Below, piece after piece: positions 14,116 through 25,731 of a stretch of DNA of 64,000 nt. Numbering within the stretch: position 1 is the first letter of the stretch; every line of letters starts with the position of its first letter. Made by a program: the position numbers and the translations under genes. The notes below the pieces were generated by a model that had not been told where the DNA came from, did no database searches, and was given only the letters and a program-made list of their open reading frames with translations. Source of the DNA: Botryllus schlosseri (Eukaryota); contig CM119371.1 in the NCBI GenBank assembly GCA_051294905.1, forward strand, positions 30,816,001-30,880,000, in the 5' to 3' direction.

Positions 14116-17100
14116 CTAATCAGAACAGAAGTGATGCGGCCAACCTGAGATATCTATAGAAATGATGCATACCAAAATAGCGATTCAACGAAACAGCGAG
14201 TCGTAGAGGTACAATATCAAAATATCATGCAGCAATTTTGAGCACCACTGGCGAAATCCTGATCGGGAACCACCGTCACAGAGTCTATTCGCGCATCATT
14301 TATGACACTTTTTTCAGGCTAATAAATCGCTGATTAGCCTAATGAACATGAACAATCATAAATCATCACTCCAACTTACATGATTCAACTTCTTAATCCA
14401 TGGACAATGCACGACTGCGATGCGTTGCTCAGAAGTTGAAAAGTACTATATAAAATTGCCCGTTCCATATTTAGACTCCTGCTAAAAATGAAGCGGTGTT
14501 GTATACGCAGACCCAGGTATGCCCCTGCCTCATCCGCATGAAGAATCCATTTAAAATAAGGGTCAATAGTGTGCTTTCTTATTCATGACAACATGACTAT
14601 CAGCAATCAGTCTTCCCTAGGGCCCATTTACTTTGTGAATGTCGCTGTCATGTAGGCAATGTTATTGCCGTGCAATATATTTTGTGAATGTCGGCACAAT
14701 GTCTCCGTGCAATATACTTATCGGAAGGTAATGGGCGAAATATCTAAAGATCAATGTCAACTCAAGGTCCGAGAAGAAGTGAAAATTCAAATGGAATAAT
14801 TATCTACTTTCACCAATTTTAAACTTTCATAATACATGACGAGGAACGTGCAAGATATCCAATGAGCTAAATGCAATTATAATTTTTGCGACTACTATTT
14901 CTTACCAGGGATTTCAAGATATTGTATAGATAAGCTATATGTAAATTATAAGTTATCTTTATATCGCAAGTTATAAGTAAGCATTTTAAGTATGTTGCAC
15001 GGCGACATTGCAGACAACCTGTCTTCCCCATGAGCATGAACATGTTAAAATCCATGTAGTTTATAATTGGTTTAGCATTGGGGTATTAGGCCTATTAAAT
15101 TAGGCTGAGGTTAAAGTTGGGTTAACTATTATGATTGTTCCTAGAATATCCTAACATTAAACTAATAATAAAGCCATACATTTTGACATGTTCACCGAAA
15201 GCCTCGATTAGTATCAATTGTTATAATGTTGTTGTGGACACACACAACACAAAATGAAAACAAATACGATAATAAATACGCCAGTCAATGGGATGCTAAT
15301 ATTCATTAGCATAGGTGCAACTATAGTTTTCAGCCACAAATTCAGCAATCTCACACTGCGTAAAGGAACATCCTATAATGATTACCAGAGAACCCGGCCC
15401 TACCAACTCGGCCCTCGGAGAACCCGGCCCTTGGAGAGCCCGGCCCTCGGTGAATTCCTCGGGAAATTTTGAAATTAAGTGTATTCACCAGTATTAATAT
15501 GAATTAATAAAGTAATAATGTTATTATCAACTGATTTGTCAATCTTGTAAGGAGGTCAGGGCTTTCAAATTATGTAGCTATATAAACCTAGGCTATAATA
15601 CATCCATCGATGCTGCAACTGTTTTGCTGCATGGATCTTGCAGTCTTTGGAAATTCTTGTCAAACTTTTCATAGTATATAACGTACACATCAAACAGTAA
15701 GTGGATATTACAACAACATGAAACTCACTGTGCAGCAAATCGAACTTCAATGATCGCATATAATTTAATATTATCATGATCATGCTCATCGCTATACTAT
15801 GTATTACAAGTACTGCATAAGTTTACGATTAGCAGCGGGTCGATTAGTTTCGGTCGTACATGATAAACCGCGGCGCAGACGTGCCACTAGAATCATAGTG
15901 AAATTCATGACGGTTATCGCAGTTAATGATGACCGAGGCTGTTCAATAAATATAGCACTCAAATACCAAGCTTCCGTGCTCTCTGCCTTTCCAGTATACT
16001 GAAGACAGCGACAATATCAATAATAATCAATAGCACGCACAATCAATCCACGCCGTTAAGTATCCTATTCTAAACCTAACCATTCCTGTGATAAATCCGT
16101 CACTCCGCCATTACTACAAAACCTGTTCTTTCAAATTCCAATCGAATCACGCGCGCATGCTCGCCGGACAGAAGAAGGCAATCTTTTGGTTTTATGGTTG
16201 AATGAATTTCAAGCAACAAGCGTGCTCGGCTCGACACTCGAGACTCGACAGGTATCGGAAGGCCCATATGCATTTTCGCTGGCCTCTTGCGCAGTGCGGC
16301 CTTAATTATCGATATTAGCCGGGCAGACTAAGGCCCGTATTCAAAGAGACGCCTCGAACTCAAACTCAAGGCTTGCTCGACGGAGTAAAGGCGGAGTTCA
16401 ACTCCATTGGAGTAGCTCCTTGGTATTCAAAGACGTTTTCTAGCTTTGCTCAGTTTCGAGTCTCACTCGACACGTCTGGCATCATTCGCAACTGTGCGCC
16501 GTGCGCTCGCTCGGTATGAACTGTTAAGATGCCGGGTTGAAATCCCGGTACGTTTAGCGTAATATATTTGGTGTGCAGTATCACACCGTGAGGACAGTTA
16601 GTAGAATCTTTGGTGTGCACGAGACACCGATTCCATATTGGGTTCTGACACTACCACTACGGTATGCTGCACTGAACTATATAACGTATGGCGATTATCG
16701 ATCAGTCATAAAGTAAAAGCCGGTATGTGGTATATATGGTGGACTTATTCATGTCGCTCTATGATCATTCTGCCGATGCGTAAACGATGGGGTTGGACGG
16801 TTGGTGCGTGAGCACTGAGCAATGAACATTGTCAATTCTACATTGATGATTGAACATGAACATAAACAGTTGACCACTCATCGTTGTTACTGTGTACATT
16901 TATACCTGTCGATTTAGTTAGATGACAAGCGAACTATACTGTTTGATTTTTTGAGTAGTTCTATAGTTTTCGTTACGGATTTTAAAAACAGATCGTTTAG
17001 CGCAGCCGCCGCAGTGAAAGTTGTCATTTAGCGCAGTGATGCTACTGATACCTAATGTTCTGTTGTGTGATGATCTTGAAGGTTGCAGGCAGGGTTGCCA

Positions 17101-17631
17101 TCGACATGGACCCAAAAGTAAGGACAGTCCAAAAATTAGATTAGCATGAAAAAGCGTTTTTGTACATACTTTGTATCTATACGAGGCGTGGCATATCACA
17201 TTCCATACTTTTCGCCAGAAATAATCTGCTCCAGCAACTCCGTGTTAGTAGAAAGTGCTTCATGGATCTCACGACAACTTAGGTCTATGTTTACCTTTAC
17301 CTTTACTCAGGGCCGAAACAGCACTTCGTAAGCCCCCCTCCCAAAAAAACCTTGGTCTTTTCTCACTAGGGTGATAAACCAAACTTCTTCACCTCGTTGT
17401 GATTAGAGACGTCAACCAAGATGGAAAAAGCCATATAACAAGTTTAGACAAAATCATTTTTGAGCGTATGGAGCAAGAATTCCAGTAATAATGCTTGTAG
17501 TCTTGGTCCTGGCCGAAGAAAACTTATGTGCGATGTTGAAATATCGCTTTGAACAATTGCAAAGTGCAATCGTTGGTGAGGAATGATTGCTGGTATTTGA
17601 CAATATGGAATGCCCAGGTACCTTCTGCAGC

Positions 17632-18454
17632 CAGACTTGGACAACTAGAAAATTTTCAGCTTTTCCAAATTAGATTAGAATTAGAGCTACACGGTTTTTT
17701 TCAGATTAGATTAGAATTCGAATTGGAGCTACGCAGTCTTTTCCAAATTAGATTGGAATTAGAATTGAAGCTACACAGCTTTTTCCAAATTAAAATTAGA
17801 TTAGAATTAAAATTACTGAATTCGCGAAAAACTTGGAAATTGAATGAAATTGTGAATGGGAAATAAATTCGGCAAAAACCAAGTTCAGTTCATATCAAAT
17901 CACGGCGCGCCCCCATAACCACGAGAATGGTTAACGTCTGTTCACCACGCTTGGCTCGCTTTGCACTCGCCAGGGGTCACCAAGACGCGGGCCACATATG
18001 CAGCCAGCGATCTGGTTTGTGATTTTGGAAGAACGCGAAGTAAAGCATTTTGAAATGCTGAAATTGGTCTCAGTTGCAAATTATTATTGTTGTTATTTCA
18101 AAATTTGCTATTCGCCTGTGTTCAACAACACTATTCCGCACTAGCTGAAACGGCTTCGGAGTTGTACTAAACGCATGGCTATTATTCGTCACAATAACGA
18201 CTCTGATTGTGATTACGGTATAAGTAATGCGATGGTGGCTTGGCACTTGATTTCCCTGCGCGAGAGGGATATTCTTGTTAACTCGCTGCGAAATGCCGCG
18301 GACAACAAAGTATTTTCATGAAAACAATAAATTAGATTAGAATTAGAATTAGCACATAGGACCATTTCACGAATTAGATTAGAATTAGATTACTGGCATT
18401 TCGCTCTAATGTAGTGAAATTAGACAACTAGAATTATCTAGTTGTCCAAGTCTG
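17632..18454. mobile_element. hAT-type MITE with ATTAGA subterminal repeats
   Basis: TIR CAGACTTGGACAACTAGA / TCTAGTTGTCCAAGTCTG; perfect 8-bp TSD TCTGCAGC; partial relative at ~39561-39945. Confidence 0.88.
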
Positions 18455-19545
18455 TCTGCAGCAGCTGCCTTGTAGTCTGTGGTCATTAGTGCTGATCGAC
18501 TTGTGGAATTATTATTCATAGACTGGCTCAAATTAATCATTATGACACACTTCTTATGTTTTGGGGTATCAATGTGAGTTGAAATAGCGGTCTTTCCTAT
18601 GGCCTCCTGGTTAATGTCACAATTGCAGATATTGCGCAAGTGCAATATCATTTAGAAAAATTTATCACTGATTTATAGCTTTACTACTTTTTAACCAATG
18701 TGTCGACTGCACTGCGTCTTTTTTCACTACGCAATATATGCTGCCTTCCCCACAGCTTCAGCTTATTCTGCTGTAGACCAAACAGCAGGAACCGGGTAGT
18801 GCTATTTACTGCTAAAATGACGTCCGCTGCGATAGCTTGGTACAGACGAAACTGCTATACCACCCACTGCCCTTGCTATTTCACCACTTGGTATTCAAAT
18901 CTTATGGCGTGTACGTCACGAGAGCTCCTTTCATTTATGATGTCATGAAGTCTCGACGCAAAAGCATAATTTAAGAATATGCAACACGGATACCAGAGAA
19001 AAACGATCGAAGTTCTGCAGTGGTTGAAAATAAGACAAAATAAGGACGCAAGTCGAAAATAAGGGCATTTCTTAGAAATAAGGACAGTTGAGTTTTCTAA
19101 GACGTGGCCCTTCAAAATAAGGACAAATCTTAGAAATAAGGACGGTATGGCAACCCTGGGTGCAGCCATTGCTAGCTCAGAATCATCACACCTAACAGTG
19201 GCATAGTCAGACGTGGTTTTAGGGTTCAAAACCCCACCGTACTCCCCAGGTCCTATTTCAAACTTATACTGTGATGTTCATAAGTCGATCCGATTCCGAT
19301 AAAATCAAAATTAATTATTAGCTTTGTAATTTATTCTAATTAATTCATTTGTGTTTTAATCAGTTACAGCCTGGAAGGCCTAGTTGCTGACTTTTCGAGG
19401 TCGTCAGTTGTAGTCTAGTTCTATAGTTACACATTTAGAAAATTCAGTCAGACCATACCAGCAGGCGGTATCTATACCGACATGATTAAATCATAAATTA
19501 TATTTTTTCCAGAGTTTTTTTCAGTTATTTATATCGATCATACAA

Positions 19546-21162
19546 ATGGCTGCTGCTCAGAGATTTCTACGCGAAGCAAGCAAAACGAAATCAAGTCACG
19601 TTCTTAACGAACACATGGAGTTGACCTTTCAGAATCTCAGCTTACTGCAATGCCCTTTCGAGGAGCTTAGAGGGAAGAGCTCCGTCACCATACAAAAGTC
19701 TATGTTTGACAAACCCAATATCCGCGGACTTATCGCTCTCTGTTATTTCTTATTTCACAAGTTGGATCGGAAGAAGTGTCTCGCTGTGTTCAAACATTGT
19801 TACCCGACGTACTATAAAAAGAATGAGCAAGAATTTCAGAAGATATGCATATCGTGGTTGCGAGAATGTGCAAAAGACACTGCGTTTGATTTTCCTTCAA
19901 TCGGGCCTGCTCTATTCATGAAAGCCAGCGGCCCGGAAGTTACGAAGTTCATTTTTACGTTCTCGGCATATGTTCTTGATGCATGCGCTAGAAGACTTTG
20001 TCCGGATGATGATATGATACTTCTGCCGCCTCCATCCTGCCAAGATTCTCGCTTTGAAGATTTCCAAAAAGCAGCCCTGAAAGCTTCAATTGGTTGCGCC
20101 ATGTCTGGTTTTACCGAAACCTTGCAGGTGTCCCAGGAAGTGGATTTTGAGGTGAAACGTTTCATTCATTCCATGCTGTCAAAGTATAGAGAAAGAGGAA
20201 AAAAGATGACGGAACTCGGAAATGAGGAGCGTGATTTGCTTGGAAAGTTGAAGATACCAGTCCCACGCAACGCCACCTCACTGAATCGGGATGCCATCAA
20301 AAAATTGGAAAGCGAGCTGCGATCAGAATTGGAGTCGGTGATGAAAAAATGGGATTTCATCATATCGAAGTGCGACGAAACTGGAGTTGAGAGAGAAATC
20401 GTAGCATCAATACTAACCCAACGCAGCACTGCAAAAACTCTGAGTTCCGCCGATTTAGACCTAAAAATACCTTCATCTTTGATAAAAGATTGCAATCAGG
20501 AGATTGCTGAAAAAGTCGGCACGGATCTTTACCGGTCCGAGAAGCTTGACCTTGTCAGCTTCATAAAATTAACAAACATCGCGCTGCAACAAATATTATC
20601 GAAAATGCACGATGGTATGCCTGATTTTGAAAGCTTCAGTGTCACGCTGAAGGCCAGCAAGATTGTCCATTCAAAGCAGGCGGCTGGTCTCTCTACTTTG
20701 TTGAATGATTTACGGCGTGGAACAATGCTTGCCGAGGAAATGAATGGTAAATTACGTAAGAAAGTGGACGAATGTATTTACAAAGACGAAATGGATAAAA
20801 CTGTCTTAATTCCTGGCCTGGTAGCTCCAGAGAACAGTAGTGCTACCACTAAATTTGATCCTAACGATAGCCTGGACATTCCGCCTGTATTTCTCCCCCG
20901 ACAGTTTACTGACGATGATATATTGGTGGAAACGGGAGCTCCTGAAACACCATTATCCCCTTCCGTGATACGTATGATATCAATTCTTCCTCCTTTCCCA
21001 GAATTCGAATCAACCGCACTGCAGCATACAGACTTTGATCGACCACAAACGCCGCCTACTCTCCAATCTGCTATTAACCTTGTTGATTCTCGAAACCAGA
21101 TTGAATTTTCTCCTGAACCACAAATTAAGTCGCCTGTTCCTGATGTTTTGGATGATCATTGA
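19546..21162 (+). CDS. HAUS6: HAUS augmin-like complex subunit 6 (single coding exon; C-terminus truncated in this allele)
   Basis: 538-aa ORF; N-terminus matches HAUS6_N motifs (MFDKPN, YFLFxKLD, FxxCYP, EFQKxCxxWL, LFMKASGPEVTKF), followed by coiled-coil and a Pro/Ser-rich tail; polypyrimidine-AG acceptors just upstream (19512/19524) suggest a 5'UTR intron. Confidence 0.88.
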   Translation: MAAAQRFLREASKTKSSHVLNEHMELTFQNLSLLQCPFEELRGKSSVTIQKSMFDKPNIRGLIALCYFLFHKLDRKKCLAVFKHCYPTYYKKNEQEFQKICISWLRECAKDTAFDFPSIGPALFMKASGPEVTKFIFTFSAYVLDACARRLCPDDDMILLPPPSCQDSRFEDFQKAALKASIGCAMSGFTETLQVSQEVDFEVKRFIHSMLSKYRERGKKMTELGNEERDLLGKLKIPVPRNATSLNRDAIKKLESELRSELESVMKKWDFIISKCDETGVEREIVASILTQRSTAKTLSSADLDLKIPSSLIKDCNQEIAEKVGTDLYRSEKLDLVSFIKLTNIALQQILSKMHDGMPDFESFSVTLKASKIVHSKQAAGLSTLLNDLRRGTMLAEEMNGKLRKKVDECIYKDEMDKTVLIPGLVAPENSSATTKFDPNDSLDIPPVFLPRQFTDDDILVETGAPETPLSPSVIRMISILPPFPEFESTALQHTDFDRPQTPPTLQSAINLVDSRNQIEFSPEPQIKSPVPDVLDDH

Positions 21163-22412
21163 TCATGTATCTCCAAACAATACGTCACCTCTGATACCAG
21201 ATTTGCCGATACCTGCAATTTCTTGCTGGGCAGCGGATGATTCGTCGTCACAACTGAAAGCTGGACATTTATTACTGGGACCATCGTCACCGTTAAAGCA
21301 TAATTTACTCGACGACAGTTTTGAGCTGATTTGATTCTTTCGCAATGGTGCAGAAATGGAAAATACGGACATATGTTACGATTTAGTGTATCGTTTGTCA
21401 GCTATCAAAAATGATTTAATGAAAATCACAGACGTTTACTTGAAATGCCTACCACACAGCATCTGGCTAATATTATGTTTAGCATGATAATCTGCGAAAT
21501 TATCGATCTTTGCATCTCTGAAAAGCTTTTTTGCGTAGTCCTACCGAATATAGTCTAGTCCGAATATACACTAATATGAAATTCAACATTAATCAGTTGT
21601 TACACGACCGCTGTCAAAATACCAGTGCTGAATTATTTCCAATCTGAGCACATCATGTCAATGTATTCACTGTTGATGATGCTTTATGTGTATTTAGTAT
21701 CCCTTCGTACTTGCGTATTAATCTCCAACAGTGTATGAAACGGTATCATTTGATAATGTGTCTCGTTTCTGCAATGTAGTAGCAATGTAACCAATCATTT
21801 TTGTTATAAATTTTTTGTTGATTGTGCTATTTGTTGAATGATGCAATTACTCAATTTGAAATCATTCTATTTCTGAATTCTAAACCCTCTCTGAAGGCGT
21901 TTTCTGCATGTCCCACACACATGTAATTCCTGTGCATGACGTATGTACTTCAAGTCTGTTTTCACTATTTCACAGTAATGTTTTGCATGCTTGCAAGTAC
22001 TTTGTGAATGATCTTTGTTGTTCGTACTTTCACCATATATAATAAAATACACTGTCTCCTTCGATCGAAGTCATATTTTCATCTAAATGTAGGCTACCTA
22101 TACAGGCTGCTCAGTGCTCACACTATGATGATTTGTCGTCGCATACAAGTTTTGGACTGTCGTCGTCAGATAAGTGCTAATGAATGCTTGGGCTGTTGGC
22201 AAATTCGATACATGAATCGCAGAAGTCAATTGGTTCGATCAAGATGAGGTCAAGATCGAGCTAGCCGGCAGAATAAAATCTGTGGTGTAGGGGTTGGGGT
22301 TGGAATCTCACATTTACTGTCCGGTGTTAGTGTGACAAACTGATATAGTAACTGATCTGAAGCGCTAGGTACTGCCAAAATTTATTCTATGCCGAGCACC
22401 GATTTTCACGGG

Positions 22413-23267
22413 AGTAGTATAGTAGATCGCTGGCACATTGGCGTTGTGGCTTATGGGCGGGGTCGCATGCTAACGCGAAACCGGGGGTCGCATGCTAACG
22501 TTTTCATCTTATGGCGGGGGTCGCATGCTAACGTTTTCATCTTATGGCGGGGGTGGCATGCTAACGTTTTCATCTTATGGCGGGGGTGGCATGCTAACGT
22601 TTTCATCTTATGGCGGGGGTCGCATGCTAACGTTTTCATCTTATGGCGGGGGTGGCATGCTAACGTTTTCATCTTATGGCGGGGGTGGCATGCTAACGTT
22701 TTCGTCTTATGGCCGGGGTGGCATGCTAACGTTTTCGTCTTATGGGTGCGGTCGCATGATAACGCGAAACTCGTGGTGGCATGCTAACGTTTTCGGGTAT
22801 AGGCGGCGGTCCCATGCTAACGTGAAAACTCGTGGTGACATGCTAATGTTTTTTGGTATACGTGCGGCGACATGCTAACGACGATAAATGTGTCTGTCAT
22901 GTATTCTTACGGGATCTGTGGTGACTCGCCATGTGTTCTTATGGGTGCGGTCGTGATTCGCACTTTCAGGCATCTCTCGCGCGGTGTTGAATATGTACGA
23001 GTCACCAACAATAACCTCACAAACGGAAACGCGGCTTGTTGTGGGGATTAAGCAGCGCGACCTATATTTCGAATGACCTGCGCGCTGAATTGTTTCACGT
23101 CCAGCCGCTACTATCGAATATTACACTATTCCATTCAGCGCGAAATAGTTTGATCGTAAATTATGATATATGATGTCGTAGTTTAGTCGTGTCAAATGAC
23201 CGATCGTGTTCTCTTTCCTCGCTATTGATTGCTACCTGAATAATACTTTCGGATTATTCGCTGTTTC
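22413..23267 (+). repeat. Left terminal inverted repeat (855 bp; diverged extension to ~23295)
   Basis: Reverse complement of 37388-38242 with no indels; one mismatch seen (23017 T vs 37638 C). Confidence 0.95.
22490..22753 (+). repeat. 33-bp tandem array in the TIR (8 units plus degenerate CATGCTAA motifs); mirrored at 37902-38165
   Basis: Unit GCATGCTAACGTTTTCATCTTATGGCGGGG(GTC/GTG); produces the spurious 11-aa periodic ORFs. Confidence 0.95.
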
Positions 23268-23432
23268 GCACCCACAAAATAATCTGCTGTTCACAGTCGC
23301 GACTTCACCGCGATGGCACAATTTTCACACCTCAATCAGTAGAACAACACCGCGCTAACCCAGTTGTGGAATCACATAGGTCATACATTTTACGCGAAAT
23401 GAAATATTGTATTGTGGTATACAAATATGCAA

Positions 23433-24044
23433 CTATTCTTTCAATTCAACAAGTCTAGTTAACGGATCGATTTTCAATCTGCCGACACAGTTTTTAACAC
23501 GAGTGAGTTGATATTTCTTCCCGGGTACGAGCGAGGCTTTGTTCCATTGATCCAAAACCACCTCACCAGTATCATCCTTCAATGTAAAACTGTATAATTT
23601 CAACTCCTTTCCGGCGCCGGAATTGATCATCTTCTCCTCTCGAGAAACACAAGTAGCGGCGATCGAGACGTATTCATCTTTATTTCCGTATACCGATTCA
23701 CAGGTCAATAATGGGTATTCTTCAGTCGTATGTCTCGATTTTCCATGCAGAGTTACTGACGAAGCCCGTCCCAGTAATACAGCAGGTTTTCCAGTAAACT
23801 TGTCAATTTGGACCCAACCGGATTTGACCATGAGTTTTTTTCGTTTGGAGAATGCTTTCTCAATGACACCGAACAATTCACGATTGAAACACGTGAAAGA
23901 TATCTCTTCGTTATTGCCGTCGATGAATATACCTTTGAGATATTGGCTAACGCCACCTCTTTTGGGTGATGAGACGAATTTGACGCCGACGTGAAAATTT
24001 GAAGTTGCTCCGACTTGCATAGTGTTGACGCTGTTCGATGTCAT
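23433..24044 (-). CDS. Polinton tandem OB-fold (RPA/SSB-like) ssDNA-binding protein
   Basis: Two beta-rich repeats; the second has the OB signature FTLKDDTGEVVLDQWN...GKKYQLTRVK and the first GIFIDGNNEEISFTCFN; TATAAATATAG (minus strand, 24081-24091) favours ATG 24044 over the track's TTG start at 24074. Confidence 0.7.
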   Translation of the reverse strand: MTSNSVNTMQVGATSNFHVGVKFVSSPKRGGVSQYLKGIFIDGNNEEISFTCFNRELFGVIEKAFSKRKKLMVKSGWVQIDKFTGKPAVLLGRASSVTLHGKSRHTTEEYPLLTCESVYGNKDEYVSIAATCVSREEKMINSGAGKELKLYSFTLKDDTGEVVLDQWNKASLVPGKKYQLTRVKNCVGRLKIDPLTRLVELKE

Positions 24045-24206
24045 ATCGTTTGATAAAGTGGGAGTCATCAACAAATCCGTCTATATTTATAGAATTAGGC
24101 ACGTGGTATTGAGTGAGTTAACAGTCTTTGTATAATCCTGATGACCCGCGTGAATAGACTTGGATTGAAATAAACTTTACAGGAGTTCTGTAAGAAAGGA
24201 TGCCGT

Positions 24207-24560
24207 TCACAAGTGACAAACCACACGAACGAATTTTCTTCTTACCCAGTCACTTATCAATGTACTGTAGTGAGTATTCAAGATGTCTGTTGCTAAATCT
24301 CTGTACGCCGCTAGGGTACGTATGTCACTTTTCATCGCCGCAATGCTTATGACACTAAAAACCCCATTCCAGTCGATGCCGTATGATCGAATCGAGTTAA
24401 CCAATGCGGTAAAATCGCACTTTCGAACACGGCTCACGTTTTGTCCATGTACATAGAAATCTAGTACTCCGTGGATGAATTTTTCCGTTTCGCTCAATGT
24501 GGGGGTTGTCAAGTTATGATAGTAGAGAAGGTAATTCTCAATAATCGCGCTAGTTGCCAT
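24207..24560 (-). CDS. Polinton hypothetical protein (117 aa)
   Basis: ATG-started ORF co-oriented with the OB-fold gene; no recognisable motif. Confidence 0.5.
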   Translation of the reverse strand: MATSAIIENYLLYYHNLTTPTLSETEKFIHGVLDFYVHGQNVSRVRKCDFTALVNSIRSYGIDWNGVFSVISIAAMKSDIRTLAAYRDLATDILNTHYSTLISDWVRRKFVRVVCHL

Positions 24561-24934
24561 AACGAGTATATGTAACTATCAACTGAAAAAGTAAACCATG
24601 AGAATGACACCACAATGTGTTAAAATGGTGAAATACACCGCTCAGATTTCGAAAAAACAGATGTTGGCGGGTGCGTTTGACATGTGTGACACAATAAAAT
24701 CGCCCGTTTCGCTAAACAGGAAACTCACTAAAGCGCTGTGCGCTGCGCAATTTTGAAAAACCAGATGTCTGTGGCGGTGTTTTGACCTGTGTGACACACT
24801 AAATACGTCCGGTTCAGAAATTCGGAAACACGGTCGGTTCTGAGGATTACGCAGTGTGCGTGCGGCCTATATTTCGAATGACCTGTGTGCTGAATTATTT
24901 CCCGTCCAGCCGCGTGCTACTATCGAATTTAATC

Positions 24935-24947
24935 TATAAATAGCCAA
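24935..24947 (+). promoter_or_regulatory. TATA-like promoter motif TATAAATAGCCAA
   Basis: Lies ~77 nt before ATG 25024; identical 13-mer at 31293-31305; TATAAATAG at 33074-33082. Confidence 0.6.
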
Positions 24948-25023
24948 CACCGCGATCTGGTTGTTATATTTCGCTGTCGCAGACATAAACGTTGGTTGGA
25001 GCAGTTAGATTAATTATTGTACA

Positions 25024-25731
25024 ATGGTCGAGGTTCAGATAGATAATCTTGACAAATTTGGTTATGAACCAAATGCATTCGAATCGCAATTTGAAGAGAA
25101 TGCGGATATCTTTGAAGCGATTAATCCTAATGATCTGATGACACCGGATTTAAGAGTTGAATCCGCAGAACGCGACCTTACGACAACGATCGAAATGCAA
25201 CCAAACCCCTCAGATATAGCGCGTCAGGTGGGGCTGAAGTCTGTGAGTCGACGCAGACGGAGTCGTGTTCGCGAGGAAGAAGACACACCACCAGAGACAG
25301 GCGACCAATACCAAGAAGTTGTATCCCAGAACTGGCAAGCGATAAAATCATATGTAGTGAATCAGAGTCGGCGCGTGTATAATATCCGAGTCATCGATCG
25401 TGAGATACCGGATGTTTTCCGCGATATCCAAGCGATATTTTTCTCAGAGTCGACCCTTTTCAAAGTGAATTTCGCGTATGGAATCATTTTACATAACATC
25501 GCGGCTGGGAGATTTCGGTATTTTCATGCGTCGGCGAACATCGATAGCGTATTAGAAGTCCCAGCGGCGATTACATCACTAGCTGAATTCGATGAATTTG
25601 TTGAATCTATAAGGTTGGAAACGGCACTAGATGTGTTACAAGACTCTCGACCAGATACAAAATACAGGGCGGTCTGTCTGGCTAATGTACAGTTTTACGT
25701 ATACCCCACTGATGGTTTGTTGATTGGTTAA
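25024..25731 (+). CDS. Stand-alone terminal-protein-like ORF (paralog of the pPolB N-terminus)
   Basis: 235 aa; contains FKVNFAYGIIL, FRYFHAS and RPDTKY motifs typical of Polinton pPolB N-termini; aligns with the start of the ORF at 26467 and stops at GLLIG*. Confidence 0.8.
   Translation: MVEVQIDNLDKFGYEPNAFESQFEENADIFEAINPNDLMTPDLRVESAERDLTTTIEMQPNPSDIARQVGLKSVSRRRRSRVREEEDTPPETGDQYQEVVSQNWQAIKSYVVNQSRRVYNIRVIDREIPDVFRDIQAIFFSESTLFKVNFAYGIILHNIAAGRFRYFHASANIDSVLEVPAAITSLAEFDEFVESIRLETALDVLQDSRPDTKYRAVCLANVQFYVYPTDGLLIG

Noticed and set aside
13070..14480. Minus-strand exon-like segments with AG/GT borders
   Set aside because: No continuous or recognisable reading frame; a non-coding transcript cannot be shown from sequence alone.
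16331..16450. Possible PIF/Harbinger-like terminus (TAAGGCCCGTATTC)
   Set aside because: No matching opposite TIR or transposase was found.
17549..17866. FQIRLELEL repeat ORF (and the ITITIT/LQLQL ORF at 46696-46950)
   Set aside because: Translations of MITE subterminal hexamer repeats.
22389..22878. ORFs with 11-aa repeats (also 37777-38272); superficially CRISPR-like array
   Set aside because: These are translations of the 33-bp TIR tandem repeat; there are no unique spacers and no cas genes.
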